Assembly (NCBI GenBank): GCA_963833985.1
Contig: CAWIAD010000002.1
Location: forward strand, 5,952,001 to 6,016,000
DNA from: an uncultured Planctomycetaceae bacterium
Lineage (GTDB): Bacteria; Planctomycetota; Planctomycetia; Isosphaerales; Isosphaeraceae
Length of the DNA stretch: 64,000 bases
Direction: 5' to 3'
Positions 1-10,030 of the stretch are shown here, piece after piece. The notes under the pieces are model-generated. The model did no database searches, was not told the origin of the DNA, and saw only the letters and a list, made by a program, of their open reading frames with translations. The stretch's first letter is position 1; every line of letters starts with the position of its first letter. The translations under genes were made by a program, and so were the position numbers.

Positions 1-1218
1 CTGGTCCCCGATGACCTCAGCGCGCTTCCTGAGCCGCTTCGCGAGGGACGTGCCGTCGAGCGGCTTCGTGAAGAAGCGGAGCGGCCTTTCGATCTGGCGC
101 GCGGACCGCTCATCCGAGCCGGTCTGCTGCGGCTGGCCGAGCTGGAGCACATCGTCATCGTCGTGATGCATCATGCCGTATCCGACGGCTGGTCGGTCGG
201 CATCCTGATTCGCGAAATGTCGGCACTCTACGAGGCGTTCCGGCATGACCAGCCCTCCCCGCTCCCCGAACCGTCCATCCAGTATGCCGATTATGCAGTC
301 TGGCAGCGGAACTGGCTGACCGGCGACGTCCTCCAGGCCCACCTTGATTACTGGACCAGGCAGCTCGGCGGCCTCGCGGACCTGGACCTGCCTACCGACC
401 GGCCCCGACCGCTAGTGGCCAGCCAGCGCGGCGGAGAGCGGTCCATGAAGCTGGGGAAGAGCACGCTCGAAGGACTGCGCTCCCTCGGCCGCCAGGAGGG
501 AACCACCCTGTACATGACGCTGCTCGCGGCATTCCAGGTCTTGCTGCACCGTCACTCGGGGCAAGAGGACTTCGCGGTCGGCACCCCCATCGCCGCACGA
601 ACTCAACCGGAGCTGGAGGACCTGATCGGCTTCTTCGTGAGCACCCTGGTCATGCGCGGCGATCTCTCCGGTGATCCCAGCTTTCGCGCATTACTCAAAA
701 GGCTGAGACAGACGGCCATCGAGGCTTACGCTCATCAGGACCTGCCGTTCGAGATGCTCGTGACCGTGCTGCAAACCCGCCGCGACCCAAGCCGGAGTCC
801 CCTTTTCCAGGTGATGTTCGCCCTCCAGAATGCGCCGCTGCCCGCACTTCAGTCACCCGAGCTGCAACTCACTCCACTGAATCCCACGAGTGGGACCTCG
901 AAGTTTGATCTGACATTGTTCGCCGTGGAAGAGCCTCAGGGCTTGCACCTGACCATGGAATACAGCACGGATCTGTTCGAGGCTGCCACGGTCGATCGCA
1001 TGCTCGACCGCCTGGCGATTCTCGTCGAGGAGATCATCGCCTATCCCGACCGTCCGATCGGGGCACTGAACATGCTCTCGGAGGAAGAACGGAGGCAAGC
1101 GATCGCGGACTGGAATGCCGGGGGTGGCGGCGAAGCCTTTACATCATTTGATGATCTCGACGACGAGGTCCTTGTCGCTCAGGAACAGTCGCCAGAGGGG
1201 CTCGTGGGCGACGGATAG
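1..1218 (+). CDS. NRPS, C-terminal part (5' end outside window), ending in a condensation domain
   Basis: Frame is open from base 1 (LVPDDLSALPE...RPFDLARGPLIRAGLLRL...). Catalytic HHAVSDGWS (HHxxxDG) plus QYADYAVWQR, LPTDRPRP, AYAHQDLPFE and SPLFQVMF, typical of LCL-type C domains. No A domain follows before the stop. Confidence 0.95.
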   Translation: MVPDDLSALPEPLREGRAVERLREEAERPFDLARGPLIRAGLLRLAELEHIVIVVMHHAVSDGWSVGILIREMSALYEAFRHDQPSPLPEPSIQYADYAVWQRNWLTGDVLQAHLDYWTRQLGGLADLDLPTDRPRPLVASQRGGERSMKLGKSTLEGLRSLGRQEGTTLYMTLLAAFQVLLHRHSGQEDFAVGTPIAARTQPELEDLIGFFVSTLVMRGDLSGDPSFRALLKRLRQTAIEAYAHQDLPFEMLVTVLQTRRDPSRSPLFQVMFALQNAPLPALQSPELQLTPLNPTSGTSKFDLTLFAVEEPQGLHLTMEYSTDLFEAATVDRMLDRLAILVEEIIAYPDRPIGALNMLSEEERRQAIADWNAGGGGEAFTSFDDLDDEVLVAQEQSPEGLVGDG

Positions 1219-1265
1219 CGCGGCGCAACGCAGGCGAGAGAGTTTTCAAGAGGCATGGCTCATCA

Positions 1266-2942
1266 ATGACTTTGATTCGTTTCTTGTTGCAGTCCTCGTA
1301 CAAGACCTTGCTCCTCTGTGCACTTGCGGGCGCGGCCGGGGGAGCCGCGGGCATCGCATTGATCGCGCTGATCCAGAATGAGCTGGCGAGCGAAGCATCG
1401 TCGCCAGGTCCGATGTGGTTGGCTTTCGGGGCAATCTGTCTGATCTCGTCCGCGGCGCGGGTTCTTGGGCAGATTGGCATGGTGAGGCTAGGCCAGAGGT
1501 CGGTGGCGCGGCTGGGGCTTTCCATCGTCCGTCGTACCCTGGAGCTACCCGTCGAGAGGTTTCAGTCGATGAACTCTTCATCGCTGCTCGCCGCCTTGAC
1601 TGAAGATATTGCGGTCATCGCCAGCGCGCTGGTGGGAATCCCGCAACTCTGCATCAATGTCCCGATCGTGATTGCGTGCCTGGCGTACATTGGTTGGCTG
1701 TCGCCGGCCATTCTCGTCTCCGGACTGGGCTGTGCCGCGCTCTCGATTGCCGCATACGTGGCACTGTCGGCTCGTGCCTCGGCGCAGCTCCGCGAGGCGC
1801 GGGCAGAGCGGGATCTGCTCGTCGATCATTACCGGACCTTGATTGGCGGGTTTCGCGAGCTCAAGCTTCACCGGGGGCGCCGCGGGGCCTTTCTCGAGGA
1901 ATTGCTGGAACCTACCACGAACTCGGTCCGGGACCGGATGGTCGGCGGCCTCAGCAGCTTCGCGGTTGCCGAAGGTTGGAGCCAGCTTGCCTTCTTCGGA
2001 TTCATCGGCATCGTGCTCTACGCCATGCCTTCGATCGTGCCGGTCACTCGTGCAACTCTCATATCGGCTGTTCTGATTGTTCTTTACCTCATGGGCCCGA
2101 TCGACATCATTCTCAACTGGGTGCCGGTTCTGGGCAGAGCGAGGACATCCCTCGACAAGCTGAAGTCCCTGCTACCGGAGCTCGATCAATGCCGGACGGG
2201 TGCTGCACTCCCCTCCGCTCCGTGTCACGGGCTGGCGTTCTCACGGTCACTTTGTCTGGAAGGCATCACGTTCACTTACCACCAGAAAGGAGGTGACGCA
2301 GGCTTCACTCTCGGGCCCATCGACCTGACGCTCCGGCCGGGAGAGATCGTGATGGTGACCGGCGGAAACGGAGCCGGCAAGACCACGCTGGCCGAGCTCG
2401 TCTCGGGTCTTTACGTGCCCTCCTCAGGCCGCATCAGGCTGGATGGCCGCGCATTGGCCGCTGAGGACCGCGAGGCCTATTGTCAGCTTTTCTCGGTGGT
2501 CTTCGCCGACGGTCAACTCTTCTCTAACCTGCTCGGGCTTCCCGCGGATGACATCAAGGCGAAGGCTCGTGACGGACTGGAACGGCTCGGGCTTGCGGAA
2601 CAGGTCTCGCTGCGCGGGCTTTCCTTTTCGACGGTCGATCTGTCCCAGGGGCAGCGCGGGCGGCTGGCGCTTCTTGGAGCGTGGCTCGAGGATCGCCCCG
2701 TTTACATCTTCGACGAATGGGCCGCCAACCAGGATCCCTCGTTCAAGAGGTTCTTCTACCGCACGCTGCTGCCCGAGCTGAAAGCCGCGGGGAAGTCCGT
2801 CCTGGTCATCAGCCACGATACCCACTATCTGGACAGCGCCGACCGCCTTGTCCGCCTACAAGACGGCCGACTGCTCGAAGAGTGCACCATGGAGATCGGG
2901 GGCGGTTGGACCCAGGGAGATTGCCAGGAACCTGATGAATGA
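1266..2942 (+). CDS. Cyclic peptide export ABC transporter (PvdE/SyrD/YojI family)
   Basis: N-terminal TM domain; Walker A GGNGAGKT; signature LSQGQ; family-typical IFDEWAANQDP..KRFFY..LLPELK..GK; adjacent to the NRPS. Confidence 0.92.
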   Translation: MTLIRFLLQSSYKTLLLCALAGAAGGAAGIALIALIQNELASEASSPGPMWLAFGAICLISSAARVLGQIGMVRLGQRSVARLGLSIVRRTLELPVERFQSMNSSSLLAALTEDIAVIASALVGIPQLCINVPIVIACLAYIGWLSPAILVSGLGCAALSIAAYVALSARASAQLREARAERDLLVDHYRTLIGGFRELKLHRGRRGAFLEELLEPTTNSVRDRMVGGLSSFAVAEGWSQLAFFGFIGIVLYAMPSIVPVTRATLISAVLIVLYLMGPIDIILNWVPVLGRARTSLDKLKSLLPELDQCRTGAALPSAPCHGLAFSRSLCLEGITFTYHQKGGDAGFTLGPIDLTLRPGEIVMVTGGNGAGKTTLAELVSGLYVPSSGRIRLDGRALAAEDREAYCQLFSVVFADGQLFSNLLGLPADDIKAKARDGLERLGLAEQVSLRGLSFSTVDLSQGQRGRLALLGAWLEDRPVYIFDEWAANQDPSFKRFFYRTLLPELKAAGKSVLVISHDTHYLDSADRLVRLQDGRLLEECTMEIGGGWTQGDCQEPDE

Positions 2943-4228
2943 AAAAAATCCTCTTTGTCTTGAGTCTGTTCTGGGGTGGTGGAATCTTCGGCCTCTGGTA
3001 CTGGAATGACCATCAAACCCAGCGCGTCGTGTTTCGCACCGTCGCGATCAAGCGAGGCGACCTGCGGTCAACGATCAACGCGACGGGGACGATCGAGCCG
3101 GAAGAGGTCGTCGACGTCGGGGCCCAGGTTGCCGGGATGCTCCAGAGCTTCGGTGAGGATCCAAACCGTGCAGGCAAGCCGATCAGCTACGGCTCACGCG
3201 TTGAGCAAGACACCGTCCTGGCCCGGCTCGAGAATGCCCTGTTCCGCACCCGCGTGGATCAGGCGCGCGGCAGCCTCTCCAAGTCCGAGGCCGATATCGA
3301 GCAAGCACAAGCGAAGCTGCGCCAGGCCGCGCGCGAGCTGGAGCGAACCAGGAAGCTCAGAGCGCGCGGAGGGGCTGTCATCGCGGAGCAGGAATACGAG
3401 GTCGCCATGGCAAACTTCGAGTCGGCCAAGGCCGTCGTGAACGTCTGTCAGAGCGAGCGAGCCATCGCCCAGTCCAACCTCGAGGAGGCCACCGTCAACC
3501 TGGGATACACGACCATCCGATCGCCGGTGAAGGGAGTCATCATCGACCGCCGCGCCAATATTGGCCAGACTGTCGGGGCGAGTCTGAATGCCCCGAGCCT
3601 CTTCCTCATTGCCAAGGATCTGAGCCGCCTGGAGTTATGGTCATCGGTGAATGAGACGGATATCGGTTCGATCCACGAGAACCAGGTTGTCCAGTTCACG
3701 GTCGGCGCTCTACCGCAAGAGACGTTCCAGGGAAGGGTCTCGCAGATCCGCCTGAACGCGAGCATGACGCAGAACGTCGTGACCTACACGGTGGTGGTCG
3801 CGGTGGATAACTCCGCGGGCCGGCTGCTCCCCTACCTGACCGCCCGGCTGCAATTTGAGGTGGAGGCGAGAAAAGGGGTTCTGCTTGTGCCCAACGCCGC
3901 GCTGCGATGGCAACCGCGCCTCAAGGACGTCGATCCGGAGGCCACGGAAGTGTATACCCAGGTTCAGCATGCCGCGGCCCGGCCCGATGATGCGGTTACC
4001 AGCTCCGGCTCCGCGTCCAGCCACTCCGGATGGCTCTGGCTGCGGCACGGCGAACATGTCAGGCCAATCGCGGTTCACGTCGGGCTGTCTGACGGGTTCA
4101 TGACGGAAATCGCCGGGAAGGATTTGAATGAGGGGAGCCAGGTGGTCGTGGGCGCCAGCCGGCTCGACTCCGAGCCCGACGCGCTATCGATCCTGCCGCA
4201 CACGTGGGGCGAATCGGAGAAGAAATGA
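2939..4228 (+). CDS. macA: MacA-like efflux periplasmic adaptor subunit
   Basis: N-terminal TM anchor, ATGTIEPEEVVDVGAQVAG, coiled-coil hairpin, IRSPVKGVII, NVVTYTVVV; ATGA overlap with the upstream gene. Confidence 0.88.
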   Translation: MKKILFVLSLFWGGGIFGLWYWNDHQTQRVVFRTVAIKRGDLRSTINATGTIEPEEVVDVGAQVAGMLQSFGEDPNRAGKPISYGSRVEQDTVLARLENALFRTRVDQARGSLSKSEADIEQAQAKLRQAARELERTRKLRARGGAVIAEQEYEVAMANFESAKAVVNVCQSERAIAQSNLEEATVNLGYTTIRSPVKGVIIDRRANIGQTVGASLNAPSLFLIAKDLSRLELWSSVNETDIGSIHENQVVQFTVGALPQETFQGRVSQIRLNASMTQNVVTYTVVVAVDNSAGRLLPYLTARLQFEVEARKGVLLVPNAALRWQPRLKDVDPEATEVYTQVQHAAARPDDAVTSSGSASSHSGWLWLRHGEHVRPIAVHVGLSDGFMTEIAGKDLNEGSQVVVGASRLDSEPDALSILPHTWGESEKK

Positions 4229-6449
4229 CGCGCGCCGACCAGGACCAGCCCGGGGAGCTGATCAGGCTCCAGGACATCCACAAGACCTACACGCGCGGGG
4301 CGATCGAGGTCCCCGTGCTCAGGGGCCTGTCACTCACAATCCAGCGGCGCGAGATGGTCGCGCTCATGGGCTCGTCGGGTTCAGGCAAGACCACCCTCAT
4401 CAATATCCTGGGATTCCTCGACCGCCCCACAAGCGGGAGGTACTGGCTCGAGGGCCGGGATGTCACCCGGCTCGGTGCACCGGAGCGCGCCTGGCTGCGT
4501 TCCATGCAAGTTGGTTTCGTTTTTCAGAACTTCAATCTGCTGCCCCGGATGACAGCGATCGAGAATGTGATGATGCCGCTCAGCTACGGCGCGCATGACT
4601 TCGCGCAACGCGAGTGCCGCGCCGCTGCCCGATCGCTGCTCGAACGCGTGGGCCTGGGTGACCGCCTTGATCATGAGCCCGCGCGCCTCTCCGGCGGGGA
4701 ACAACAACGCGTGGCGATCGCCCGGGCGCTGATCAACGGGTGCAGCCTGCTGATCGCCGATGAGCCGACCGGTAACCTTGATTCGAAGACGGGAGAGGAG
4801 ATCCTCTCGCTCTTCCGCGAGCTCAACCTCGAAGAAGACATCACGATCCTGCTCGTGACTCACGATCCGGCCGTCGCCGCGCATGCGGGACGCATCATCC
4901 GCATGCGCGACGGGTTGGTCTTCGATGTCGAGCGCGCCATCCCATCAGCACAGGATCCGACGCGCCTGGCCGATGCCCCCGTGAACGAGACCCCCGCGCG
5001 GGAGCGGACCGCTTCGGCCGCGCCCGGCGCGCCTCGGCCTGCGTGCGGACTTCTCGAAGTAAGCCCTGGATCTCTGCACGTTTTCTGGCACGCACGACGT
5101 CGACGGCCATCCGTTCGCTCCGCCGCAATGCCCTGCGTTCCGCATTGACGACGCTCGGCATCATCATCGGCGTGGGTTCATTGCTGGCCATCGCGGAAGT
5201 TGGCAAGGGAGCCTGGTCGGCCATTCGCCTGCTCCTGACGAAGACGGGAGTCGATAACATCGTGATCCAGGCCGGTGCGGCGTCTCGCAACGGCGTGAGC
5301 CTGGGGAGCGGCAGCGTCAAGACTCTGACGCCCGAAGACGCGACGGCGATGCTGCACGAATGCCCGAGCATTGACAGCCTGGCGCCTCTGGTCTTCACCC
5401 GGCGGCAGGCGGTCCATGGCAACAAAAACTGGATCCCCAGCACGTTCGTCGGCACGACTCCGAGCTACCTCCGGGTCCGGGAGTGGGAGGACATGGACGA
5501 AGGAGAGCCATTCACCGAGGAGGACGTCCAGAAGATTGCGATGGTCTGCATGCTGGGCGCAACGGTGGCCCACGAACTCTTCGGAGAAGAATCGCCGGTC
5601 GGGCAGGAAATCTACGTGAGCGACGTGCCCTTGCGGGTGGTGGGCGTCCTGAGCCGCAAGGGGGCTGATATCGTGGGTGAAGATCAGGACGACATCCTGG
5701 TTGCCCCCTGGACGACACTGAAGTTCCGGGTGAGTTCCCAGGCGGCCACGTCGGCGGATCATAATCCCCAGCAAGAGCTGTCCGAGACGCAGGCGATTCC
5801 GTCTCGTCGCTACCCGCAGGGCCACTCTGCGTCGTTTCCGACCCGATCCCTGGCACAGATGCTTGACACGCCCAGGCTGGAACGGCTCGCGAACGTCGAT
5901 TCGATTCTCGTTCGTGCCGTGTCAACCAACGAGATCCCGCCGGCCATCGCGCAGATCACCCGCGTCCTTCGCGAACGGCATCGAATCGCGCCGGGGACGG
6001 CCGCCGACTTTGCCGTTCGCGACTTCACCGAAGTGGTCCGCGCTGTCAAGGGGACCGTGACGCTTGTCGCGGAGCTGCTCCTCTGCGTTGCGCTCATCTC
6101 GCTGGTCGTGGGCGGCATCGGGATCATGAACGTCATGCTCGTCAGCGTGACCGAGCGCTATCGTGAGATTGGCCTGCGCATGGCGGTTGGAGCACGGTCG
6201 CGCGATATCCTCCAGCAGTTCCTCTTCGAGGCCGTGGTCCTATGCATGCTGGGGGGTGCGGCGGGCCTCGCGGCCGGCCGGAGCGCCTCGCTGCTTGTGC
6301 GGCTTATTGCGCACTGGCCCACCGAGCCGTCACTGGCCGCGGTGCTCGCCTCCGTCTCGGTCTCCGCCACGATCGGCGTGATCTTCGGGTATTACCCGGC
6401 GTGGAAGGCCTCACGACTCGACCCGATCGAGGCTCTGCGATTCGAGTGA
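4225..6449 (+). CDS. macB: MacB-like ABC transporter (ATPase plus permease), probably one fused gene split by a frameshift near 4950-5100
   Basis: ATPase part has GSSGSGKT, LSGGEQQRVAIARAL and ADEPTGNLD. Permease part (5043..6449) has RSALTTLGIIIGV, ISLVVGGIGIMNVMLVSVTER.REIGLRMAVGA and YYPAWKASRLDPIEALRFE. The two ORFs overlap out of frame. Confidence 0.85.
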
Positions 6450-6702
6450 TTGGACCGGCAGTGCGGCTGCATGTCGGTGCCCTCTCGATCTGCACAGTCT
6501 GTCCCACGTGAGTGGCTTGACGGGGCCGCTGGCAAGTTTCGCCAGCAGCACGTCTGTTCCCCCGGTCCCATCCCTCTATTCTGCATGCCATGGCTACGAG
6601 CGTCGGCCTCTGATTGTTCCCCCTATGGGGCCAATACCTTTGAAATAGTGTTTACGAGAAGAGGGCAAGACGTTTGCGACAGACTTGTTCCCACGCTCCG
6701 CG

Positions 6703-8284
6703 CTTGTCATTCCCGGAAAACTGCATCCATGCATATGCAATTAGTAGTGTACATGTGCATTGATTCTCGCGCACTCAAGCTTTGCTCCCCTTACCAGCAG
6801 CCGGAGCACCTTCATGCCGCGCCAGAGCGTGATCCAGCCGGGCATCCCGTCTCGTCGCCGGTTCATATGCCCACCGAGCCGCCCCAGGGCAAGCAACACG
6901 TCTGCCACGGTCTTGAGTTCACGCTCGACCGCCAGACCGAGCACCTCCAGCTCGGGCTCCTCCAGGCCAGTGCTTGCCGCGGGAGCTCCCGGGAAGCCCT
7001 TGCCGAGCTCGCGCAGATCCAGCAGCCGAAGCGCCACCACGCTCATCACGGCGATCGCAGCGAACAATCGGTTGCCCCGCTCCAGCTGCAAATCCTCAGC
7101 CTTCATGCCCGTCTTGAGGCCCTTGTGAAACTCCTCGATCAGAAAGCGTGTGCCGTAGTCCATCACCACCATGATCGCAGCGCTGAAGCTCTCCGTCGGG
7201 CTGTCCGTGTAGAGCACCCATTCCAGCGGCGCGACGCCTTCAGGCGGGTCTTGCTCCCAGACCCGCACGAACCAGCCGTCGATCGGCTCGCCCGTGCCGG
7301 CCGCGCGGCCCGCACGCTCGGGTGCCCGCACGCGCACCGGACCACAACTGATCAGGAGCTTCGCGCGCTGCGCGGCCTTACCATCGCGGCCACGCAGGTC
7401 CAGATACATTCCCCCCACGGGCGCCACGCCCACGATGTGGTCGAAGACCAGCCCGAGCCGCTTACCATCGGCCGGATTGAGCAGAATGCGATTTTGACTG
7501 ACCCGGATCACGAAACCGTGGCCTGCCGCGCGACAGGACTCCATGTACTCATGAATATCTGCCTCTCGATCGGCGACGCGCACCCAGCGGACCTCCGGGT
7601 TCTCTGGCGCCGGGCCAATCCGCTTGCCCGACTCGAGCCAGCGATCCGACTCCCGATCCCGGATCTGCCGTTGCCGCGATCCGGCCTGTTTCGGCGTGTC
7701 GGGATCCCGCGGGATGCGGATGAGGTATTGCTGGTCGGCGAGCCCCAGGATCGTGACCGGGGGCCGACGACCGCTCGCATCAGGTACGGGCGACGAGTCG
7801 GCACGCATCGCAAGGATGGAGTGGAGGAGAAAGCCCTGCTGTCCCGGCTCCGAGTCACCAATCGGCCCAAGCCCGGGCATTGGCTGCTTGCGATGAGAGA
7901 ACGAGGGAAACGTGGTGTCTTCGATGAGGAGATATCGCCCCGGTTTGCGGAGTTCGGCCATCACCAGTCGGCGGTGAGTCGCCTGGATCGCATCGGGGAC
8001 CACCTCGCGTTCGTCGAGGAGGTCATAGGTCGCGTTGATGTCGTACTTGCGGGTGAACAACTCGGGGATCATCTTCCCGGGTTGCTCAGCGAGGGCCTCC
8101 GCAAACGCCATGAGGCGATTCCTCCTGGTGCAATGGCCGAGCCTGATCCCGTCGAACTGCATCCGAGCCCATTGGGCGGGCGGGGACTGGTGGACTGACA
8201 TCCCTGTGAACATAGTTGGTTCCATCCATGAGCATGCTGGTAGAATCCAGCCAACCATGTTAACAAATTCTCGGGAATGACAAG
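6703..8284 (-). mobile_element. IS4-family insertion sequence, IS50/Tn5-like (1582 bp)
   Basis: 13-bp perfect terminal IRs, CTTGTCATTCCCG (6703-6715) and CGGGAATGACAAG (8272-8284), enclose one transposase gene. 9-bp flanks are CGCTCCGCG and CGCAGAGCG. Confidence 0.9.
6741..8213 (-). CDS. IS4-family (Tn5/IS50-like) DDE transposase
   Basis: N-terminal W..MQF....LG...RR.RL; catalytic IEDTT and VADREAD; YREK-type YGTRFLIEEFHKGLKTG; C-terminal LGRLGGH..R..DG.PGWITLWRG. Start uncertain (in-frame ATGs include 8201, 8213 and 8258). Confidence 0.92.
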   Translation of the reverse strand: MFTGMSVHQSPPAQWARMQFDGIRLGHCTRRNRLMAFAEALAEQPGKMIPELFTRKYDINATYDLLDEREVVPDAIQATHRRLVMAELRKPGRYLLIEDTTFPSFSHRKQPMPGLGPIGDSEPGQQGFLLHSILAMRADSSPVPDASGRRPPVTILGLADQQYLIRIPRDPDTPKQAGSRQRQIRDRESDRWLESGKRIGPAPENPEVRWVRVADREADIHEYMESCRAAGHGFVIRVSQNRILLNPADGKRLGLVFDHIVGVAPVGGMYLDLRGRDGKAAQRAKLLISCGPVRVRAPERAGRAAGTGEPIDGWFVRVWEQDPPEGVAPLEWVLYTDSPTESFSAAIMVVMDYGTRFLIEEFHKGLKTGMKAEDLQLERGNRLFAAIAVMSVVALRLLDLRELGKGFPGAPAASTGLEEPELEVLGLAVERELKTVADVLLALGRLGGHMNRRRDGMPGWITLWRGMKVLRLLVRGAKLECARINAHVHY

Positions 8285-8629
8285 CGCAGAGCGTGGGAAC
8301 GAGGGACCAACCTATGCTCGTACGCAACTTATCGCTATTTCAACGGTATTGCCCTTATGGGGCAGACCCTGCGCCTGAGTTCCCCTGACCGCGACGATTC
8401 CGGCGGAGCCGTTCGTGCGGAACGACTCTCTACTTGATCGAGTACGCCAAACCGTTTCCGGATGATGCCGGTGAACCACCGCCGCGCTTTCCGTGTCGTC
8501 TGAAGGATCAAGGCGGGCCCATGGACTCCTTCATTTCGGCAGGAGATGATGGGAGATCGCACCGGACGGCGCTGTGATCCGGTGACGGGAGCTGGCCGGG
8601 TTCGGGAGTCGAGAGCGGGGTGTGGGACG

Positions 8630-10030
8630 ATGCTGCTGACGATCACGACCACGCACCGTCCGGCCACGGACCTCGGCTACCTGCTGCACAAGCACCCCGA
8701 GCGGTTCCAGAGCTACGAGCTGAGCTTCGGCCGGGCGCATGTCTTCTACCCGGAGGCGACAGCCAAGCGCTGCCGGGCCTGCCTGCTGCTCGATGTCGAT
8801 TCGGTGGGCACGGTGCGCCGCAAGGGTCAGGCGGAAGGCTTACTCGACCAGTATGTCAACGACCGGCCCTACGTCGCGTCCTCCTTTCTGAGCGTGGCGA
8901 TCTCCCAGGTCCTCGGTTCGGCCCTCCAGGGCCGGTGCCAGGACCGCCCGGAGCTGGCCGAGACCCCGCTACCACTGGTGGCCCGGCTCGATGTCCTGCC
9001 CGTGCGCGGTGGGGAGCGGTTCTTGCGGAAGGTGTTCGAGCCGCTGGGCTACGCCGTCGAGGCCCAGCCACACCCGCTCGACGAGCGTTTTCCGGCGTGG
9101 GGCGAAAGCCCGTACTTTTCGGTCACCGTGGCCGGGGTCGCCACGCTTTCGGAACTGCTGACGCATCTGTACGTCCTGGTGCCGGTTTTCGACAACTCCA
9201 AGCACTACTTCGTCGGCGACGAGGAGCTCGAAAAGCTGCTCACCCGGGGGAGCGGCTGGTTGGCGACTCACCCCGAGCGGGAGGAGATCACCCGGCGCTA
9301 CCTGAAGTTCCAGCCCAGTCTCTTCCGACAGGCGCTCGCCCGGTTGATGCAAGAGGAGCAGCCGTCCGAGGCGGAAGACGACGGGAAATCTCCCGGCGAG
9401 CGGGCCGAGGAAGTGCTGGAAAAGCCCCTGAGCCTGCACGACCAGCGCATCGGGGCCGTCCTGGCGGGGCTACGCTCGTGCGGGGCGAAGCGCGTGCTCG
9501 ACCTGGGCTGCGGTGAGGGCAAACTCCTGCGGGAACTGCTCAAGGAGAGACAGTTCGAGGAGATCGTCGGCATGGACGTGTCCATCCGCTCGCTGGAGAC
9601 CGCCCGCGACCGGCTCAAGCTCGACCGTTTGCCCGAGAAACAGGCCGCCCGGCTCAAGCTGGTCCACGGATCACTGATCTATCGTGACCGGCGCCTGGAA
9701 GGGTTTGATGCGGCCGCGGTGGTCGAGGTCGTCGAGCACCTCGACCCCTTCCGGCTCACGGCCTTCGAGCGCGCCGTCTTCGAGTTCGCCCGCCCCGGCA
9801 CGGTGATCCTGACCACGCCCAATAAGGAGTACAACGTCACCTGGGAGAACCTCGGGGCCGACAGGCTGCGCCATCCCGACCACCGGTTCGAGTGGAGACG
9901 AGACGAGTTCCGGTCCTGGGCCGAAGGTGTCGCCGGGCGGCACGGCTACTCGGTACGGTTCCTGGCGATCGGGCCGGCAGACGAGGTGCTGGGGCCACCC
10001 ACGCAGATGGGAGTGTTCGAGCGTGAATAA
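8630..10030 (+). CDS. hen1: 3'-terminal RNA ribose 2'-O-methyltransferase Hen1
   Basis: Canonical bacterial N-terminus MLLTITTTHRPATDLGYLLHKHP, QYVNDRPYVASS, SAM motif VLDLGCGEG, EVVEH, TTPN.EYN, RHPDHRFEW, C-terminal PTQMGVF. Confidence 0.96.
   Translation: MLLTITTTHRPATDLGYLLHKHPERFQSYELSFGRAHVFYPEATAKRCRACLLLDVDSVGTVRRKGQAEGLLDQYVNDRPYVASSFLSVAISQVLGSALQGRCQDRPELAETPLPLVARLDVLPVRGGERFLRKVFEPLGYAVEAQPHPLDERFPAWGESPYFSVTVAGVATLSELLTHLYVLVPVFDNSKHYFVGDEELEKLLTRGSGWLATHPEREEITRRYLKFQPSLFRQALARLMQEEQPSEAEDDGKSPGERAEEVLEKPLSLHDQRIGAVLAGLRSCGAKRVLDLGCGEGKLLRELLKERQFEEIVGMDVSIRSLETARDRLKLDRLPEKQAARLKLVHGSLIYRDRRLEGFDAAAVVEVVEHLDPFRLTAFERAVFEFARPGTVILTTPNKEYNVTWENLGADRLRHPDHRFEWRRDEFRSWAEGVAGRHGYSVRFLAIGPADEVLGPPTQMGVFERE

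Larger units (their letters stand above)
6632..8351. mobile_element. MITE copy 1 (about 129 bp when empty), interrupted by an IS50-like element
   Basis: 6632-6702 plus 8285-8351 align with the intact copy at 58962-59091. TIRs are CAATACCTTTGAAATA and TATTTCAACGGTATTG. Flanked by a 12-bp near-direct repeat, CCCCTATGGGGC (6620-6631) and CCCTTATGGGGC (8352-8363). Confidence 0.9.

Noticed and set aside
6450..8198. 582-aa plus-strand ORF overlapping the transposase
   Set aside because: Antisense shadow of the IS4 transposase; no recognisable motifs, and it crosses the IS and MITE boundaries.
8364..8629. Possible tRNA-like or Y-RNA-like gene beside the RNA-repair operon (also checked 13479-13635, which contains GTTCGAGA)
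   Set aside because: I could not build a cloverleaf or closing stem by eye; an Infernal/Rfam scan would be needed to exclude it fully.
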